Part shown: in pieces, positions 39,528 through 55,029 of the stretch | Layout: each line of letters opens with the position of its first letter | Numbering within the stretch: position 1 is the stretch's first letter | From: Eledone cirrhosa | Lineage: Eukaryota | Assembly: GCA_964016885.1 (NCBI GenBank) | Contig: CAXHJY010001352.1 | Span: 677 to 64,676 of the forward strand | DNA: 64,000 nucleotides | Reading direction: 5' to 3' | Made by a program: the position numbers and the translations under genes | The notes under the pieces: generated by a model | Seen by the model: the letters and a program-made list of their open reading frames with translations, nothing else | What the model was told of the DNA's origin: nothing | Database searches by the model: none

Positions 39528-39710
39528 AAGGCGGTGGATTGGTAGAGGGTCGGACGCCATACTTTGACGCATAGAGTTACGGCCCTTGCCATTCTGAGTT
39601 CAAATCCCGCCGATGTTAACTTTGCCTTTCATCCTTACGGGGTCGATAAAATAAAGTACCAGTAATACACTGGTATTTGCTGGCCTTGTGCCTAACGTAG
39701 AAACAATTAT
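39528..39710 (+). mobile_element. SINE family A with target-site duplication
   Basis: attatatattgt(c/a)aa on both sides; empty site near 53577; also present at 50560-50750. Confidence 0.75.
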
Positions 39711-39748
39711 ATATTGTAAATTACGATTTTATTTGCTGTATCATATCT

Positions 39749-39942
39749 ACATGTATATATATATACTTGCGTATAATATCAATATACACACTACACATGC
39801 TATCAGAAAACCACCCGAAGGTAGCATGTGTAGTGTGTATATTGATATTATACGCAGGTATATATATACATGTATCATATATACCTGCGTATAATATCAA
39901 TATACACACTACACATGCAACCTTCGGGTGGTTTTCTGGTAG
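39749..39942. repeat. Nested inverted repeat (A-A'-A) upstream of the ZNF gene
   Basis: gcgtataatatcaatatacacactacacatgc occurs forward, reversed, then forward; same structure at 50780-50963. Confidence 0.85.
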
Positions 39943-40907
39943 TTCATATAACGGAAGTTGTTTCTGAATGTATTAAATTGTGTGGGGGACTTTTAAGTCA
40001 TGACACCGGTGTCAACTAGACGGTGAAATATTACCATTTATATCAGCTCCATTGTTACAACTTAAACCTCATCTAATTTTATCTTTTATGGTGATTATTT
40101 CATATTAAGGTGGACGTTAATGTTTGTAAATAACATAAGGTGACTTATTTACCTTATAGTTGTTGTTTTATCTCCTGTATTATTAAATATTGAAGTGGTT
40201 GTTCAACATTTTACAGGACAGGAAAATATTATTTTAATCAGAAATCAGTGATAATTTAGTTTTTACTAACTTTTCTTGACTTTATATTTGGTCTTGACAA
40301 CTAAAGTACGTATTATTTCGTTTTCCACCACAACACAAACATCGTGAACTTTTCCATCTGAAGTGAAATATCTTGATTTATTACAACACCTACACACATA
40401 TTTCTACACACACACACACACGTCTATTTCTCTCTCTCATACCTACACACTGTATGTCTGTATATATATATGTATATATATTAACCTTCATCTTTTGAAA
40501 TTATGGATATTAATTCTCTTCTGACCTGAACTGTCCCCAATAACAAGAACCTTAACTATAGAAGTCTTATTCGTCAGTTTTATGAGCTGAGGATTTTATT
40601 GTGAATAGAGCTCTCACCTTAACAAAAATAATAGGCGAATAATCCACAAGAATCATATATATATATATATATACATAAAAGCACTTGCCTTTTCTTCATC
40701 CAAGATCAGTCTTATACTGTCACATGTCTTATTACTTGTACCAACTAAATGTTACATTACAACTTTGTAGAAGAAAGCGGACTTCTGCAGTCTTTTATGG
40801 ACACTCTGTATATTAGAATAGATGGCATCTATTAACGATATCTACATTTCTTAATGTATCAGTAAAAGTAGTGAGAATCCTTTATGTAAAGATCCCTAGC
40901 TAGAAAT

Positions 40908-41670
<763 letters not shown>

Positions 41671-41769
41671 ACCCCATCACTGTGAAATGTGAAACACACA
41701 ACTATACAGACACACTCTGGAAGGAAGAATATACAATGTGAAGCTTGAAAAATCCTTATCTTATACTTA

Positions 41770-42262
41770 TCATCATCACCGTTTTACCTCCATTCTTCCA
41801 TGCTAGCATAATGTAGATGGGTTGTCCTGTTGTGGGCAATGCCAGGTCGGGTGACCCTGTCTTGCTCATATGGGAACTGATTTTGATTTGATTTCTACAG
41901 CTTGATGTCCTTCCTAACACAAAACCTCATTTACTGTGAGGGCTAGGTGCTTTTTTTACTATGGTGCCTACACAGCCACTTTACAATGTGGGCTGGGTGA
42001 TATTTTGTCAACCACTTTGCAGTGGGTGGGGATGGGTACATATTTGTCTATATGCTTCAGCTTCGGCTTGTAGTCGGGTCTTCTGTATTACTTCATGATG
42101 CCAGAGGGCACCGTCCTGCGTCATCGCCTTTGAGAGGTGCAATTGGGCAAGGTTAGCTTTTATCACCTCATCCCGGGTCTTCTTTGATCTCCCCACTCCA
42201 TGGCTTCCAGCGTCTTTTAGTGCTCTGCACCTTTTAATGCAGCTGTCATCCTTCATACACAT
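41770..42262 (-). mobile_element. RTE 3' fragment
   Basis: MKDDSCIKRCRALK...GVGR..KT plus 3' UTR and (GAT)n tail on the minus strand; absent from duplication unit B. Confidence 0.8.
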
Positions 42263-43751
42263 CTATATATATATATACTCTATCAAATGGAAGAAGTATA
42301 CTGCCATATATTGAAGATTACTACAATAACTAGGGAGCGAAGGACAAGATATGCCAGACATTCCTACCGATGAATGGATGACCTGATGATCTGGCTCCTG
42401 TGGTGGATACCTAAACATAGTAAGACCCTAGTGAGATGACTGAAAATGACCTACATGGATCAGATGTTTAGGGATGTTCAGGTAGGGATTAATGATCTCA
42501 AGAATGCCACGAATTAATAATATATATTAATGAACATTTATTATGGTGAAATATGTTGGAAATTATTCTCAGGTTTTGTATTGTAATCCACAAATACACT
42601 CTGTAGAAAGTTCTACTTCATATTTGTCATTAAGGTTTCTTATAGAGACACAATCTTATTTTATTGGTGATGGTGGTGGATTGACAGAATCAGTAGAGTG
42701 TCAGACGATATGCTTTGTGTCATATAGTTACATCCCTTTACGTTCTGTATTAAAAACCTGCTGAGGTTAGCTTTACTCTTCTTCCTCAGGTTCAGTAAAA
42801 TAAAGTACCAGTAATGCACTGGGGTTGAGTTAAAAGTAGAAACATTTATTTAAAGTCTATAAAACAATGGATGGAATGCTTTCTGCCATATTTGTTCTGG
42901 TTCTCTGCTCTGAGTTTAAATCCTGCTGAGGTCAACTTTGCCTTTCATCCATTCAAGGTTGATAACAAAAAAGTACCACTCTACCACTGGGGTCTGTTCT
43001 TCCTCCCTATATTTCTTTCTCACTTCCTCTCTCTCATTCTCTGGAAGAAATCACCTGTTCCAACCTGGTGAGTGAAGGGCTCCACCAAGCTTCAAATGTC
43101 CACAGTGACACCCCTATGACTCCATCAGTGCAAGAAAAACAAAACAAGATTGATGTGTTTATATGTGTTATTTTACAAACACTAACTGGTTTATATTTAT
43201 ATTTATGACAAAATATCCACATTTATGTGTAAATATAAACAATTTTATAACTTTAATATTTGTTGATGGTACTTTCATGACAGTTGAAATTATGACTTTT
43301 TTTTAGAAATAATTCACATTTGAAAATACTTTACAACTTTCTTCTCTTGCCAAACAAAGGTTTGGCAGGACCCTTCAGTTGTGTCAAAGGCATGACAACC
43401 TCTTTAGTACTGGTGCCACAATAAAATACACTCAGTAGAATGTGGGACCATATGTAAGAGAGATGTGGTCTCCCACTGCAACCTGGTTTGTAAAGACCTG
43501 TCCCACCCTTGCTAGCAGGGAAAGTAGACATTAAATGATGATCTATGATGTCATTGGTGCCAAGCTGTTTCAGCTATTCCCTTGGACAACATTATATATA
43601 ATGTGTATGTAGTATATATATATAGTGTATATATTGTCTATATGTAGCATATACTCTATATATGCAGTATTTATATATAGTGTATATATTGTGTATATGT
43701 AGCACATACACTCTATACATAGTATTTATATATATAGTGTATATTTTGTGT

Positions 43752-44345
43752 ATCATCATTACATCTGATATCCATGCTTGCATGGGTTGTACAGGTCCTT
43801 CTTAGCACGACATCTCTCCACTAGATGCGTTCCAGTCTTCACGATTTGAGTTAAGCTCTCACAACATTTGGCCCTGATTTTCTTGGTCGTCCTCTACTGC
43901 AGCTTCCTTCCACTAGGATTTCCTCAGCTAGTCCAAGCTCTGTATTACTCTCACATATACCTTGCAGATCCAACAAAACATGGCTGCTTCATTTTTCTCC
44001 AGCATAATAGTATCATCTGCAGTCACAGCCCATGTTTCTCTACCATGCAGTATTATACACTTCACACAGGCTTTATATACCCTTCCTTTTGTGTGTAGGG
44101 AGAAACCTTATGTTATCAGCAGTAGTAGTTCACTAAACTTCCATCCTATCCTTATTCAAGCCATCATACTCTTGGCACACCCTCCTCTGCTGCTGATTAG
44201 GTCACCTAGATAGCAGAAGCTATCAACCACATCTGTAGATCCTTCCTGTGACTGGAAACGGTTTATAACAGTAGCACTCTTCCTCTCAATTTCTGCTGTG
44301 CCTCGTCTACATGCAAAGTTCTCCCTTCCTGTTAGAATACTCATT
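43752..44345 (-). mobile_element. Degenerate RTE 3' fragment
   Basis: DVVDSFCYLGDLISSRGGCAKS; 3' end aacccatgcaagcatgga...gatgat. Confidence 0.7.
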
Positions 44346-44751
44346 ACATCTTTTGCGTACTATATATACTGTATATATACATATGTGTGTATATATATGT
44401 ATATGTGTAGCGAAATCTATCTACACGTTGATACCTGGGTCAGATTTAACGGTCAATTTCTGGGTTATTTCGTTTTGGCCATCAACAGGTCTGAGATTGG
44501 GCGACCTCAAAAGGTCAGCCCTTTGTTCTCAAGCCTTGGAGACAGAGGACGTGACATAGATAAATAGCCTGCCTTAGATCAGGTCAAGCAGTTTTGAGCA
44601 TTTCTTGATAGAGTAAACATGTAAACTATTGCTTTCCACGGACCCCTTTGGTCTCAGTGACTCTTACTCTCTCTCTTTCACCCAATCTCTCTCAACCCAG
44701 CCACTGAAGTTCAGGAAGTTTTCTTGATAAATATATATATATATATATATG

Positions 44752-45172
44752 TAAAGACCTTCCTGCCCTACGTACAAAGCTAACCTACACTCAGTAGGCA
44801 CCTCTTAACCAAATATACACCCCAACCCACTACCCCTACTCCATTCTCCCACCAACACCACCCTTTCTCTGTAAAGCTATGTTGGTACCAGAACATCCCA
44901 CCCAAACTAAAGTGGTCATGCAGGTGTCATGACTAAATAACACCCAGTCCACACTGTAAAGTGGTCGTGTAGGATACACGGTAAAAAGGTTCCCAGTCTA
45001 TACTGTAAATGTGGTTAGTGTTAGAAAGGGCATCCAGCCCTAGAAAACCTACCAGATACAGTCCTATACAAGAGAGACAGGGTCACCCAATCAATCTTGC
45101 CACAAGTGGGACAATTCCCGTTTAACCCTTCCTAGCGTGGAAGATAGACGTTGAACGATGATGATGATGATA
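44752..45172 (+). mobile_element. RTE 3' UTR fragment
   Basis: Similar to 48725-49100; (GAT)n tail. Confidence 0.75.
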
Positions 45173-45289
45173 TATATATATATATATATATATAGATATA
45201 GATATGCATATGTACTCACACACATATTTATAAATGTGTATACAAACGCATATATATAAATAGGGAAGTCATACATCCTATTATGTGTT

Positions 45290-45820
45290 CAATTCTCAGC
45301 TAGGGAGGTACTTTGTGTCCTTAAGCAAGACACATCATTCCACATGTCTCTAATCTCCACAGCTGAAAAAGACAAGTAGCAGAATTAGTTGGAGGTTTAG
45401 CATGGGTTGGATCATTCTCTGCCTCCAACATTTTTCCTGCAGCCACAAACCCAGGCTTTACTACCTGCAATAGAGAGAAGAGGAAGATAGTTAAATACCA
45501 GGGCCTGACAAACCACTTCCTCTTTGTCCCCACACTGCTGATTTCCTTCTCAAAATTAGAAAGACAGCAGCCCACTTGAGGAAGTAGTCCCATGAGGTGG
45601 GGTGGGTGTCTCTGGCTATTCTCTGTGGTAACACCTTTGCCATTTTGTCTGTAGGGTGGGGCTGAATCACAGCTCAGACTGAAATATAAAGTCTGTCCCT
45701 CTCCCATTATTTTCATTGCTTGATTCGTTTTTTTTTCCATTACTTAAATATTTTATTACCTTTACTAATGTGTTTTGTTTTAATATGAGCAGTTATATAA
45801 AATAAATGTTATTTATACAA
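45290..45820 (+). repeat. Partial third copy of the duplicated segment 38385-39125, without the SINE
   Basis: Same sequence (ORF-track translations at 38501, 45321 and 49468 are near-identical). Confidence 0.85.
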
Positions 45821-45914
45821 ATCGGAAAAAAGACGACCAATCTTGCCATCTAAACCCATGCTAGCGTGGAAGATAAACGTTAAACGATGATGATGATGAT
45901 ATATATATATATAT

Positions 45915-48900
45915 TCAAGAGAGTAGGTGGAGGGGGTGTGGGTATAAACGATGCTATAAACTTTTCTGGGTGGAAAATGACAATGGGCTGGGTGGAGTAG
46001 GAATTGTTTTAGCAGAGAAATGGGTAGATAAGGTAATTGCCATAAATAGAGTGAACAACAGAATAATTAAAATAAGACTAGTTCTAAATATAACAACTGT
46101 GACAATGATATCCACTTATGCACCCCAATCTGGTCTACTTGACGTTATAAAAGACAGGTTCTATGATTTGCTAATGCTCACTTCCACCCAAATAACAGAC
46201 AGTGACTACATAATTATTGCTGGTGACCTAAATGGTCACATTGGACAACATAGTGATGGCTATGATGGAATCCATGGAGGCTATGGGTTTGGTACTAGAA
46301 ATGAGGAAGGTTCAGAATCCTGGAATTCTGTGATGCTAATAACCTAACTATCTGTAACACAAACTTAAAAAAACGAGACAATGACTTGGTCACCTGTAGA
46401 TCAGGGGAACATGCCAGCCAGATAGATTATAACCTTACTAGGTGTGACAGTGTCTGTTGTAAACACTAAGTCCCTCCCCTGTGAAGAATTCACCTCCCAA
46501 CATAGCCTAGTAGTTAGTGACCTCACAGTCAGGACTAGACGTTCTCGACGACAGAGGAGGACTACCTTGAGGAGAAGATGGAAGTTGAAGGACCCCACAG
46601 CCAGTGACAAATTTAAAAGCATATTAGTTAATGCTTTTGACAGTAAAGAGGTGCAATTAGAGACATACAATATAGAGGAACAGTGGCAATTCTTGAAAGT
46701 TAACATACTGAAGGTGACAGATGAAATCTGTTGCTGGAGCAGACCTAAAGGCAGGAGGAGAGTAACTTGGAGGTGGAGGAGACAATCAGGCTTAGAAAGT
46801 ATTGTGGGATGGGGAAAGTAGAGAATACTATTAGGTGGCTAGGAGACAATTGTACTTTGCAAGAAGGGAAGCAGAGAATAGAAAGTTCAAGCATGTTCTA
46901 CAACGTAAGGTGTTCAAGATTGCAAAACAAAGTGTCAAGGAAAACCGTGATATTGTCAGGGAGAAGTGTGTCTGTAATGATGATGGTGTACTTGCCCTCA
47001 CTGATACTGATAAGAAGGTAGCTTGGAAGTGTCACTACGAGGGACTACTAAAAGAGGAGAATAAATGAGAAAAAAGATAGTCTACCCCAAATCGATCCAA
47101 TAGAGGGACCAGCAGTGCAAGTTAATGGTAGTATAATAAGTAAGGCAATCAAAGATATGAAGACGGGCAAGGCAGCTGGGCCTTTGGAGATAGTTGCCGA
47201 GATGTTGAAAGCATCTGGAATGGTGGGACATACTATGGACACCCAGATAGTAAACCAAGTAATACAGAATGGGGTCATACCAGATGACTGGCATAGAAGT
47301 ATCATCGTTAACTGCTACAAGGGTAAAGGGGATGCTCTAGATAGGGGAAACTATAGAGGCATTAAGGTAGTTGACCAGGTCACAGAAAGAGTTATAACAC
47401 AACTAATCAGAGACCAAATAGATCTAGATGAAATGTAGTTTGGGTTCGTGCCAGGTAAAAGTACCACAGATGCTATTTTCCTTGTTCAGCAACTACAGAA
47501 GTACCTAGCTAAAAGTAAACCCCTTATATTTAGCTTTTGTTGACTTGGAGAAAGCCTTTGACAGAGTCCCCCGCTCCATTATCTGGTGGGCCCTTAGAAA
47601 TGTAAGAGTAGATGAATGGCTTGTGAGAGCTAGACAAGCCATGTATAAAGAAACAGTCAGTAAGGTTAGAATTAACAATGAACATAGTGAAGAATTTAGT
47701 GTAAAAGTAGGTGTTCAGCAAGGCCCCATCCTTAGCTTCCTCCTGTTTATTATTGCCCTTCAAGCTATAACAGAGGGGTTTAAGACCAGCTGCCCACGGG
47801 AACTTCTATATTCAGATGATCTAACTCTCCTAGCCAAATCTATGGCTGAACTACACAAGAAATTCCCAAAATGGAGGCATAGCCTTGAATTAAAAGGCCT
47901 TAAAGTTAACTTGTCTAAGACTAAAGGTCTAGTATGTAGAAAAGAAAATAGGGCACTGGTGCCATGCTCTGTGTGTAGGAAAGGAGTAGGTAGAAATTCC
48001 ATTCTATGTCCCAAATGCAAAATATGGGTACATAAAAGATGTAGTGAGATCACAGGTAAGCTATCTAAGAATGTAGATGTTATATGTGGCCGATGCTGAT
48101 GTGAAATAAGCAGCAAGTACCCACAGGAGACTAGCACCTTCTACTGCCCAGATGGTTCTATAGAAATAATGGACACTTTCTGTTGCCTGGATGATAAAAT
48201 CAGCAGTGGTGGAGGGTGCTCTGAAAGTGTAGTAGCCAGAGTTAGAATGGGAGGGGAAAAGCTCAGAGAGCTAATACCGCTGCTAGACACAAAAAAGTTT
48301 CTCTAAAAATGAAAGTCAGATTGTATGATGCCTGCATACGAACAGCAATGCTACATGGCAGTGAGACATGGGCATTGTGTACAGAGGACCTGCGCAGATT
48401 GGAAAGGAATGAGGCATGCATGCTCTGTTGGATGTGTAATTGTAAGATACATGAACGGCAAAATATAAACGAACTAAGTGAGAATTAGGAATAAGAGGGA
48501 TCAGATGCTGTTTACTTGAGAGAATATTACGTTGGTATGGTCATGTGATGCGCATGAAAGATGACAGCTTTATAAAAATGTGCAGGGTGATCAAAATTGA
48601 TGGAAGTTATGGAGTAGGTAGACCCAGAAAAACCTGGGATGACATAAAATCCAACCTTGCACACTTACACCTCTCTTAGACAATGTCACTGGATTGAGAT
48701 CTATGGCACCACACAGTAACAGAGAAGACCTGCCTTCCCTACGTGCAAAGTTAACCTACAGTCAGTAGGCCCCTCCTAACCAAATATACACCCCAACCCA
48801 CAACCCTTAATCCATCCTCCCACTCCCACCAACACCACCCTGTCTCTGTAAAGTTATGTTGGTGCCACAACATCCAGTCCAAACTAAAGAGGTAGTATAG

Positions 48901-49102
48901 GGGTCATCACGAAAAGACTCCCAGTCCACACTGGAAATGTGGTTGGTGTTAGGAAGGGCATCCAACTGTAGAAAACCTGCCAGATACAGTCCTATACGAG
49001 CGAGACATGGTCACCCGATCAATCTTGCCTCAAGTAGGACAATTCCCGTCTAACCCATGCTAGCGTGGAAGACAGACGTTAAATGATAATGATGATGATG
49101 AT
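45915..49102 (+). mobile_element. Near full-length degenerate RTE LINE (multiple frameshifts and stops)
   Basis: Successive fragments of endonuclease (TYAPQ, GDLNGH), RT ([15 protein letters not shown]), PHD and C-terminus; 3' UTR; (GAT)n tail. Confidence 0.9.
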
Positions 49103-51810
49103 ATATAGTGTATATAATAGTTGTAATGTCACTGGTGCTGATCTATATCAGCCTTTCCCTTGGACAACATGACATATAGTCTATATATATTGGACAATAT
49201 TATATATAGTGTATATGTGGTGTATATAGTAGTTGTGACAATATTCTATATACATATGTACACACACACTGACAAACATGTATATACATATAGAAGGGTT
49301 GGATGAGGAGTTCAAAGGCTGACCAAGTTACTCTCATGGAATGAGACAATGTATACACAAATATATACTATATATATGTATACAAACATATAAATTGTAT
49401 AGTGAAATCATACAACATATGGTAATATCATGTTTTCAATTGTCAGTTAGGGAGGTACATTGTGTCCTTAAGCAAGACACATCATTCCACATGTCTCTAA
49501 TCTCCACAGCTGACAAAGACAAGTATCAGCTTTAGTTGGAGGTTTAGCATGGGTTGGATCATTCTCTGCCTCCAACATTTTCCCTGCGGCCACAAACCCA
49601 GGCTTTACTACCTGTAATAGAGAGAAGAGGGAGATAGTTAAATACTGGGGCCTGACAAACCACTTCCTCTTTGTCCCCACACTGCTGATATCCTTCTCAA
49701 AATTAGAAAGACAGCAGCCCATTTGAGGAAGTAGTCCCATGAGGTGGGGTGGATGTTGCAGTGAGTGTCTCTGGCTATTCTCTGTGGTAACACCTTTGCC
49801 ATTTTGTCTGTAGGGTGGGGCTGAAGCACAGCTCAGACTGAAATATAAAGTCTGTCCCTCGCTGTTATTTTTATTGGATTGGCAGTGTAGGCAGAGTTAC
49901 CTCCCTTTATGATCTGAGTTCAAATCCCGCGAGGATTAACTTTGCCTTTCATCCTTACGAGGTCGACAAAATCAAGTACCAGTAATACACTGGATTTAAT
50001 TGCTGGCCTTGTGCCAACAGCAGAAACAATTATTTTCGTTGTTTGGTTCGTTTTTTATTTATTTTCCATTACTTAAATATTTTATTACCTTTAATAATGT
50101 GTTTTGGTTTAATATGAACAGTTATATAACATTAATAACGTTATTTATTCAAATCTGAATAAAGTACTAGCATATCTATTGAACGTATGAATCTAAACTA
50201 TAATAAAAGGAGGAGCGTTGGACTGCGTACGGTTTATAATTTGTTATCCCATTAATAACATAAGTTGGATTACTTTGAATAAATAATGAATGAATATTAC
50301 ATAATTTATCTACTAAATTTCGAGGCTGTTGATTAAATATATTTTGTTTATTTAAAGATTCCCTTCTTTAAAATTTCTGAAATGTCAACACTTCCGGTTG
50401 GCCATCGCTTCAATAAACTATTAATTTTCTGTCACTAATTTTCTCCTAATGCAGTTTATATATAATATCGTCTTTTTTAATGTATCATGGATTACGTTAC
50501 TGATTACATAAGACAGTGTAACACAGTCTTCGTTCAATTTCTGTGTATTATATATTGTCAAGGCGGTGGATTGGCAGTATTGGTAGAGGGTCGGACGCCA
50601 TGCTTTGACGCATAGAGTTACGGCCCTTGCCATTCTGAGTTCAAATCCCGCCGATGTTAACTTTGCCTTTCATCCTTACGGGGTCGATAAAATAAAGTAC
50701 TAGTAATACACAGGGTATTTGCTGGACTTGTGCCTAACGTAGAAACAATTATATATTGTAAATTACGATTTTATTTGATATATATACTTGCGTATAATAT
50801 CAATATACACACTACACATGCTAGCAGAAAACCACCCGAAGGTAGCATGTGTAGTTTGTATATTGATATTATACGCAGGTATATATATTCATGTATCATG
50901 TATACCTGTGTATAATATCAATATACACACTACACATGCTACCTTCGGGTGGTTTTCTGCTAGTTCATATAACGGAGTTGTTTCTGAATGTATTAAATTA
51001 TGTGGGGGACATTTAAGTCATGACACCGGTGTCAACTGGACGGTGAAATATTACCATTTATATCAGCTCCATTGTTACAACTTAAACCTCATCTAATTTT
51101 ATCTTTTATGGTGATTATTTCATATTAAGGTGGACGTTAATGTTTGTAAATAACATAAGGTGACTTATTTACCTTATAGTTGTTGTTTTATCACCTGTAT
51201 TATTAAATATTGAAGTGGTTGTTCAACATTTTACAGGACAGGAAAATATTATTTTAATCAGAAATCAATGAACATTTAGTTTTTACTAACATTTCTTGAC
51301 TTTATATTTGGTCTTGACAACTAAAGTATATATTATTTCCTTTTCCACCACAACACAAACATTGTGTACTTTTCTATCTGAAGTGAAATATCTTGATTTA
51401 TTACAACACTTACACACATATTTCTACACACACACACGTCTATTTCTCTCGCTCATACCTACACTGTATGTCTGTATATATATATATGTATATATATTAA
51501 CCTTCATCTTTTGAAATTATGGATATTAATTCTCTTGTCACCTGAACTGTCCTCAATAACAAGAACCTTAACTATAGAAGTCTTATTCGTCTGTTTTATG
51601 AGCTGAGGATGTTATTGTGAATAGAGCTTCTCTCACCTTAACAAAAATAAAAGATACACACACACACACGGACATATATATATATATATTAGCACTTGCT
51701 TCTACTTCTTCCAAGATCAGTCTTACGCTTTCATACATCTTATTACTTTACCAACTGAATGCTACATTTCTTAATATATGAGTGGAAGTGGTGAGATTCC
51801 TTTATGAAAT

Positions 51811-52506
51811 ATGTCTGAATATAGCTGTGAGATTTGCAGGAAAACTTTCTCTTCAAAACTGAAACTATACTCACACGAGAAAATACACAGAGATAAACCC
51901 TTCCACTGTGTAATATGTGGGAAATCTTTTACTAATAATTCTGCTCTTGTCATCGACATACAGAGTCACACTGGAGAAAAACCCTTCCACTGTGAAATAT
52001 GTGGGAAGTCTTTTACTAATAATTCTGCTCTTGTCGTCCACATACAGAGTCACACTGGAGAAAAACCCTTCCACTGTGAAATATGTGAGAAATCTTTTTC
52101 TCAGAGTTCTCATCTTTTACAACACAAAAGAACACACACTGGTGAAAAACCCTTCCATTGTGAAATATGTGGGAAATCTTTTTCTAGTAATTCTGATCTT
52201 GTACGTCACAAAAGAACACACACTGGTGAAAAATCCTTCCACCGTGAAATATGTGGGAAATCCTTTTATCGTAGTTCTCATCTTGTACAACACAAAAGAA
52301 CACACACTGGTGAAAAACCCTTCCATTGTGAAATATGTGGTAAATCTTTTTCTCAGAGTTCTCCTCTTGTACATCACAAAAGAACACACACTGGTGAAAA
52401 ACGCTTACATTGTGAAATATGTGGGGACTCTTTTTCTCGTAGTTCTCAACTTGAACCTCACAAAAGAATACATACTGGTGAAAGACCTTATTCATGTAAA
52501 ATATGA
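51811..52506 (+). pseudogene. C2H2 zinc-finger paralog, degenerating
   Basis: Finger 2 H>D, finger 6 C>R, and a premature TGA replacing the second Cys of finger 9; downstream sequence still matches the gene 1 C-terminus. Confidence 0.7.
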
Positions 52507-52675
52507 GGTAAATATTTCACTGAGAATTCATCACTGGTTGTTCACCTACGTAGTCAACACTTGCGGTAAACCCCATCCCTGTGAAATATGAAAAACACAA
52601 ATATTCAGACACACTTTGGAAGGCAGAATATAAAATGTGAAGCTTGAGAAATCTTATACATCTCAACATATATGT

Positions 52676-52706
<31 letters not shown>

Positions 52707-53111
52707 TATTATTTTTAGTTTTTAATACGTTACTCAAATAGAAGAAATATACTGACATATATCAAAGATTACCACAATAACTAGGGAGCGGAGGACAAGA
52801 TATGCTGGACATTGCTACTGAGGGTAGGATGAGCTGGCTATTGTGGTGGATACCTAAATATTGTAAGACCCTAGTGGGATGACTGAGATTGACCTACATA
52901 GATCAGATGTCTCAGGATGTCCAGCTGGAGATTAATGATCTCAGGAATGCCATGGAAGATCGTGACATCTAAAAAAGAAGAGTAGAATTGTTCTGGCCAA
53001 TCCACCTGACCTAATAAATCTAAACTATAATAAAGTAAGGAGCGCGGGACTGTGTGCAGTTTATAATTTTTTTATCCCATTAGTAAAATAAGTTGCATTA
53101 CTTTGAATAAA

Positions 53112-53297
53112 TAATTGTTTCTACTTTAGGCACAAGGCCAGCAATTACCCAGTGCATTACTGGTACTTTATTTTATCGACCTCGTAAGGATGAAAGGCAA
53201 AGTCAACCTCGGCGGGATTTGAACTCAGATCGTAAAGGGACGTAACTATGCTGGAAAGCATGGCGTCCGACCCTCTACCGATACTGCCAATCCACCT
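53112..53297 (-). mobile_element. SINE family A with ~18-bp target-site duplication
   Basis: ttactttgaataaataat on both sides; empty sites at ~39238 and ~50270. Confidence 0.8.
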
Positions 53298-55029
53298 TAC
53301 TTTGAATAAATAATGAATGAATATTGCATAATTTATCTATTAAATTCCGTGGCTGTTGATTAAATATATTTTGTTTATTTAAAGATTCACTTCTTTAAAA
53401 TTTCTGAAATGTCAACACTTCCGGTTAGCCATCGCTTAAATAAACATTCATATATTTCCGTCACTAATTTTCTCCTAATGCAGTTTATATATAATATCGT
53501 CTTTTTTAATGTATCATGGATTACGTTACTGATTACATAAGACAGTGTAACACAGTCTTTGTTCAATTTCTGTGTATTATATATTGTCAATTATGATTTT
53601 ATTTGATGTATCATATCTACATGTATATATATACCTGTGTATAATATCAATATACACACTACACATCCTAGCAGAAAATAATAATAATGTTAATATATAT
53701 TGATGAACATTTATTAAGGTGAAATATGTTGGAAATCATTCTCAGGGGTTTTGTATTGTAATTAACAAATACAGCCTGTAGAAAGTGCCCCTTCATATTA
53801 TTTGTCATTAAGGGCTCCTACAGAGATACAATCTCATTTCATTGTTGAGGATGGTGGATTTGCAGAATCAGTAGAGTGTCAGATGATATGCTTTGTGTCA
53901 TACTGTTACAGCCCTTTATGTTCTGGGTTTAAATCATGCCATGGTCAACTTTGACTTTCATCCATTCAAGGTTGATAAAAAACAGTAACAGTAATGCACT
54001 GGTCCTGATTTAATTGGCATTCCCCTTTCTCTTTAAATTTCTGGCCTTGAATCAAAAGTAGAAACGTTTATTTAAAGTCTATAAAACAATAGATAGAATG
54101 CTTTCTGCCATATTTATCCTGGTTCTCTGCTCTGAGTTTAAATCCTGCTGAGGTCAACTTTCTGTTCTCCATTCAAGGTTGATAAATAACAATACCAGTC
54201 TACCATTGGGGTCTGTTCTTCCTCTCTATATTTCTATCTCAGTTCCGCCCTCTTATTCTCTCTCCTTCTCTGGAAGAAATCAACTGTTCAAACCTGGAGA
54301 GTGAAGGGCTCCACCAAGCTTCAAATGTCCACAGTGACACCCCTATGACTACATCATTTAAAAAAAAAACATCGATGTGTTTGTATATGTTTATTCTTTA
54401 TACAAAATATCCACATGTGTAAATAAAAACATTTGCATAACTTTAATATTTGTTGGATGGTACTTTCATGACAGTTGAAATTTTGACTTTTTAAAAAAAT
54501 AATTCACATATGAAAATACTTTACAACTTTCTTCTCTTACACACTTTCTTCATACTACACACCACACCACAACACAACAGACACATACAAGCCAGGTAGT
54601 TATACCAATCCAGTATCTTTAATTTAGTGATTTTTTTGTAATAAATAATCTCATCTCAGTTCTTACCAAGTGGAGTGTAACTCATCAGATTGGACCAAGG
54701 AAACAATGTTTCCATTGGTCTTTCCAATTGATGATATTGAATCAGATTAGAAAGAAAGAAAAAAAAAAATAGAATATATTTATTTGCCGTTGTGTTGCCA
54801 AACGATGCCAAAAGCCATTGACCTGCATCTTTGGTCAAGAAGGCCATTGGAGCGTCACTCAGAGAAGCTGATACAGCAGCCAGCTTGACAGCCGATATAG
54901 GTAGCACCAACAATTATCACTACCATTAACAAGAGGAAGGCAGTGATAGCAGCGGTTACATTAACAACAACAACAACAACATGTGTTTACACCAACAACT
55001 TACCAGCAAACACTACTAGTACCATTAAC

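Larger units (their letters stand above)
49300..54540 (+). repeat. Segmental duplication unit B carrying C2H2 gene 2, with an extra internal copy (53015-53680) of the upstream region
   Basis: Collinear with 38240-43350. Confidence 0.9.
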
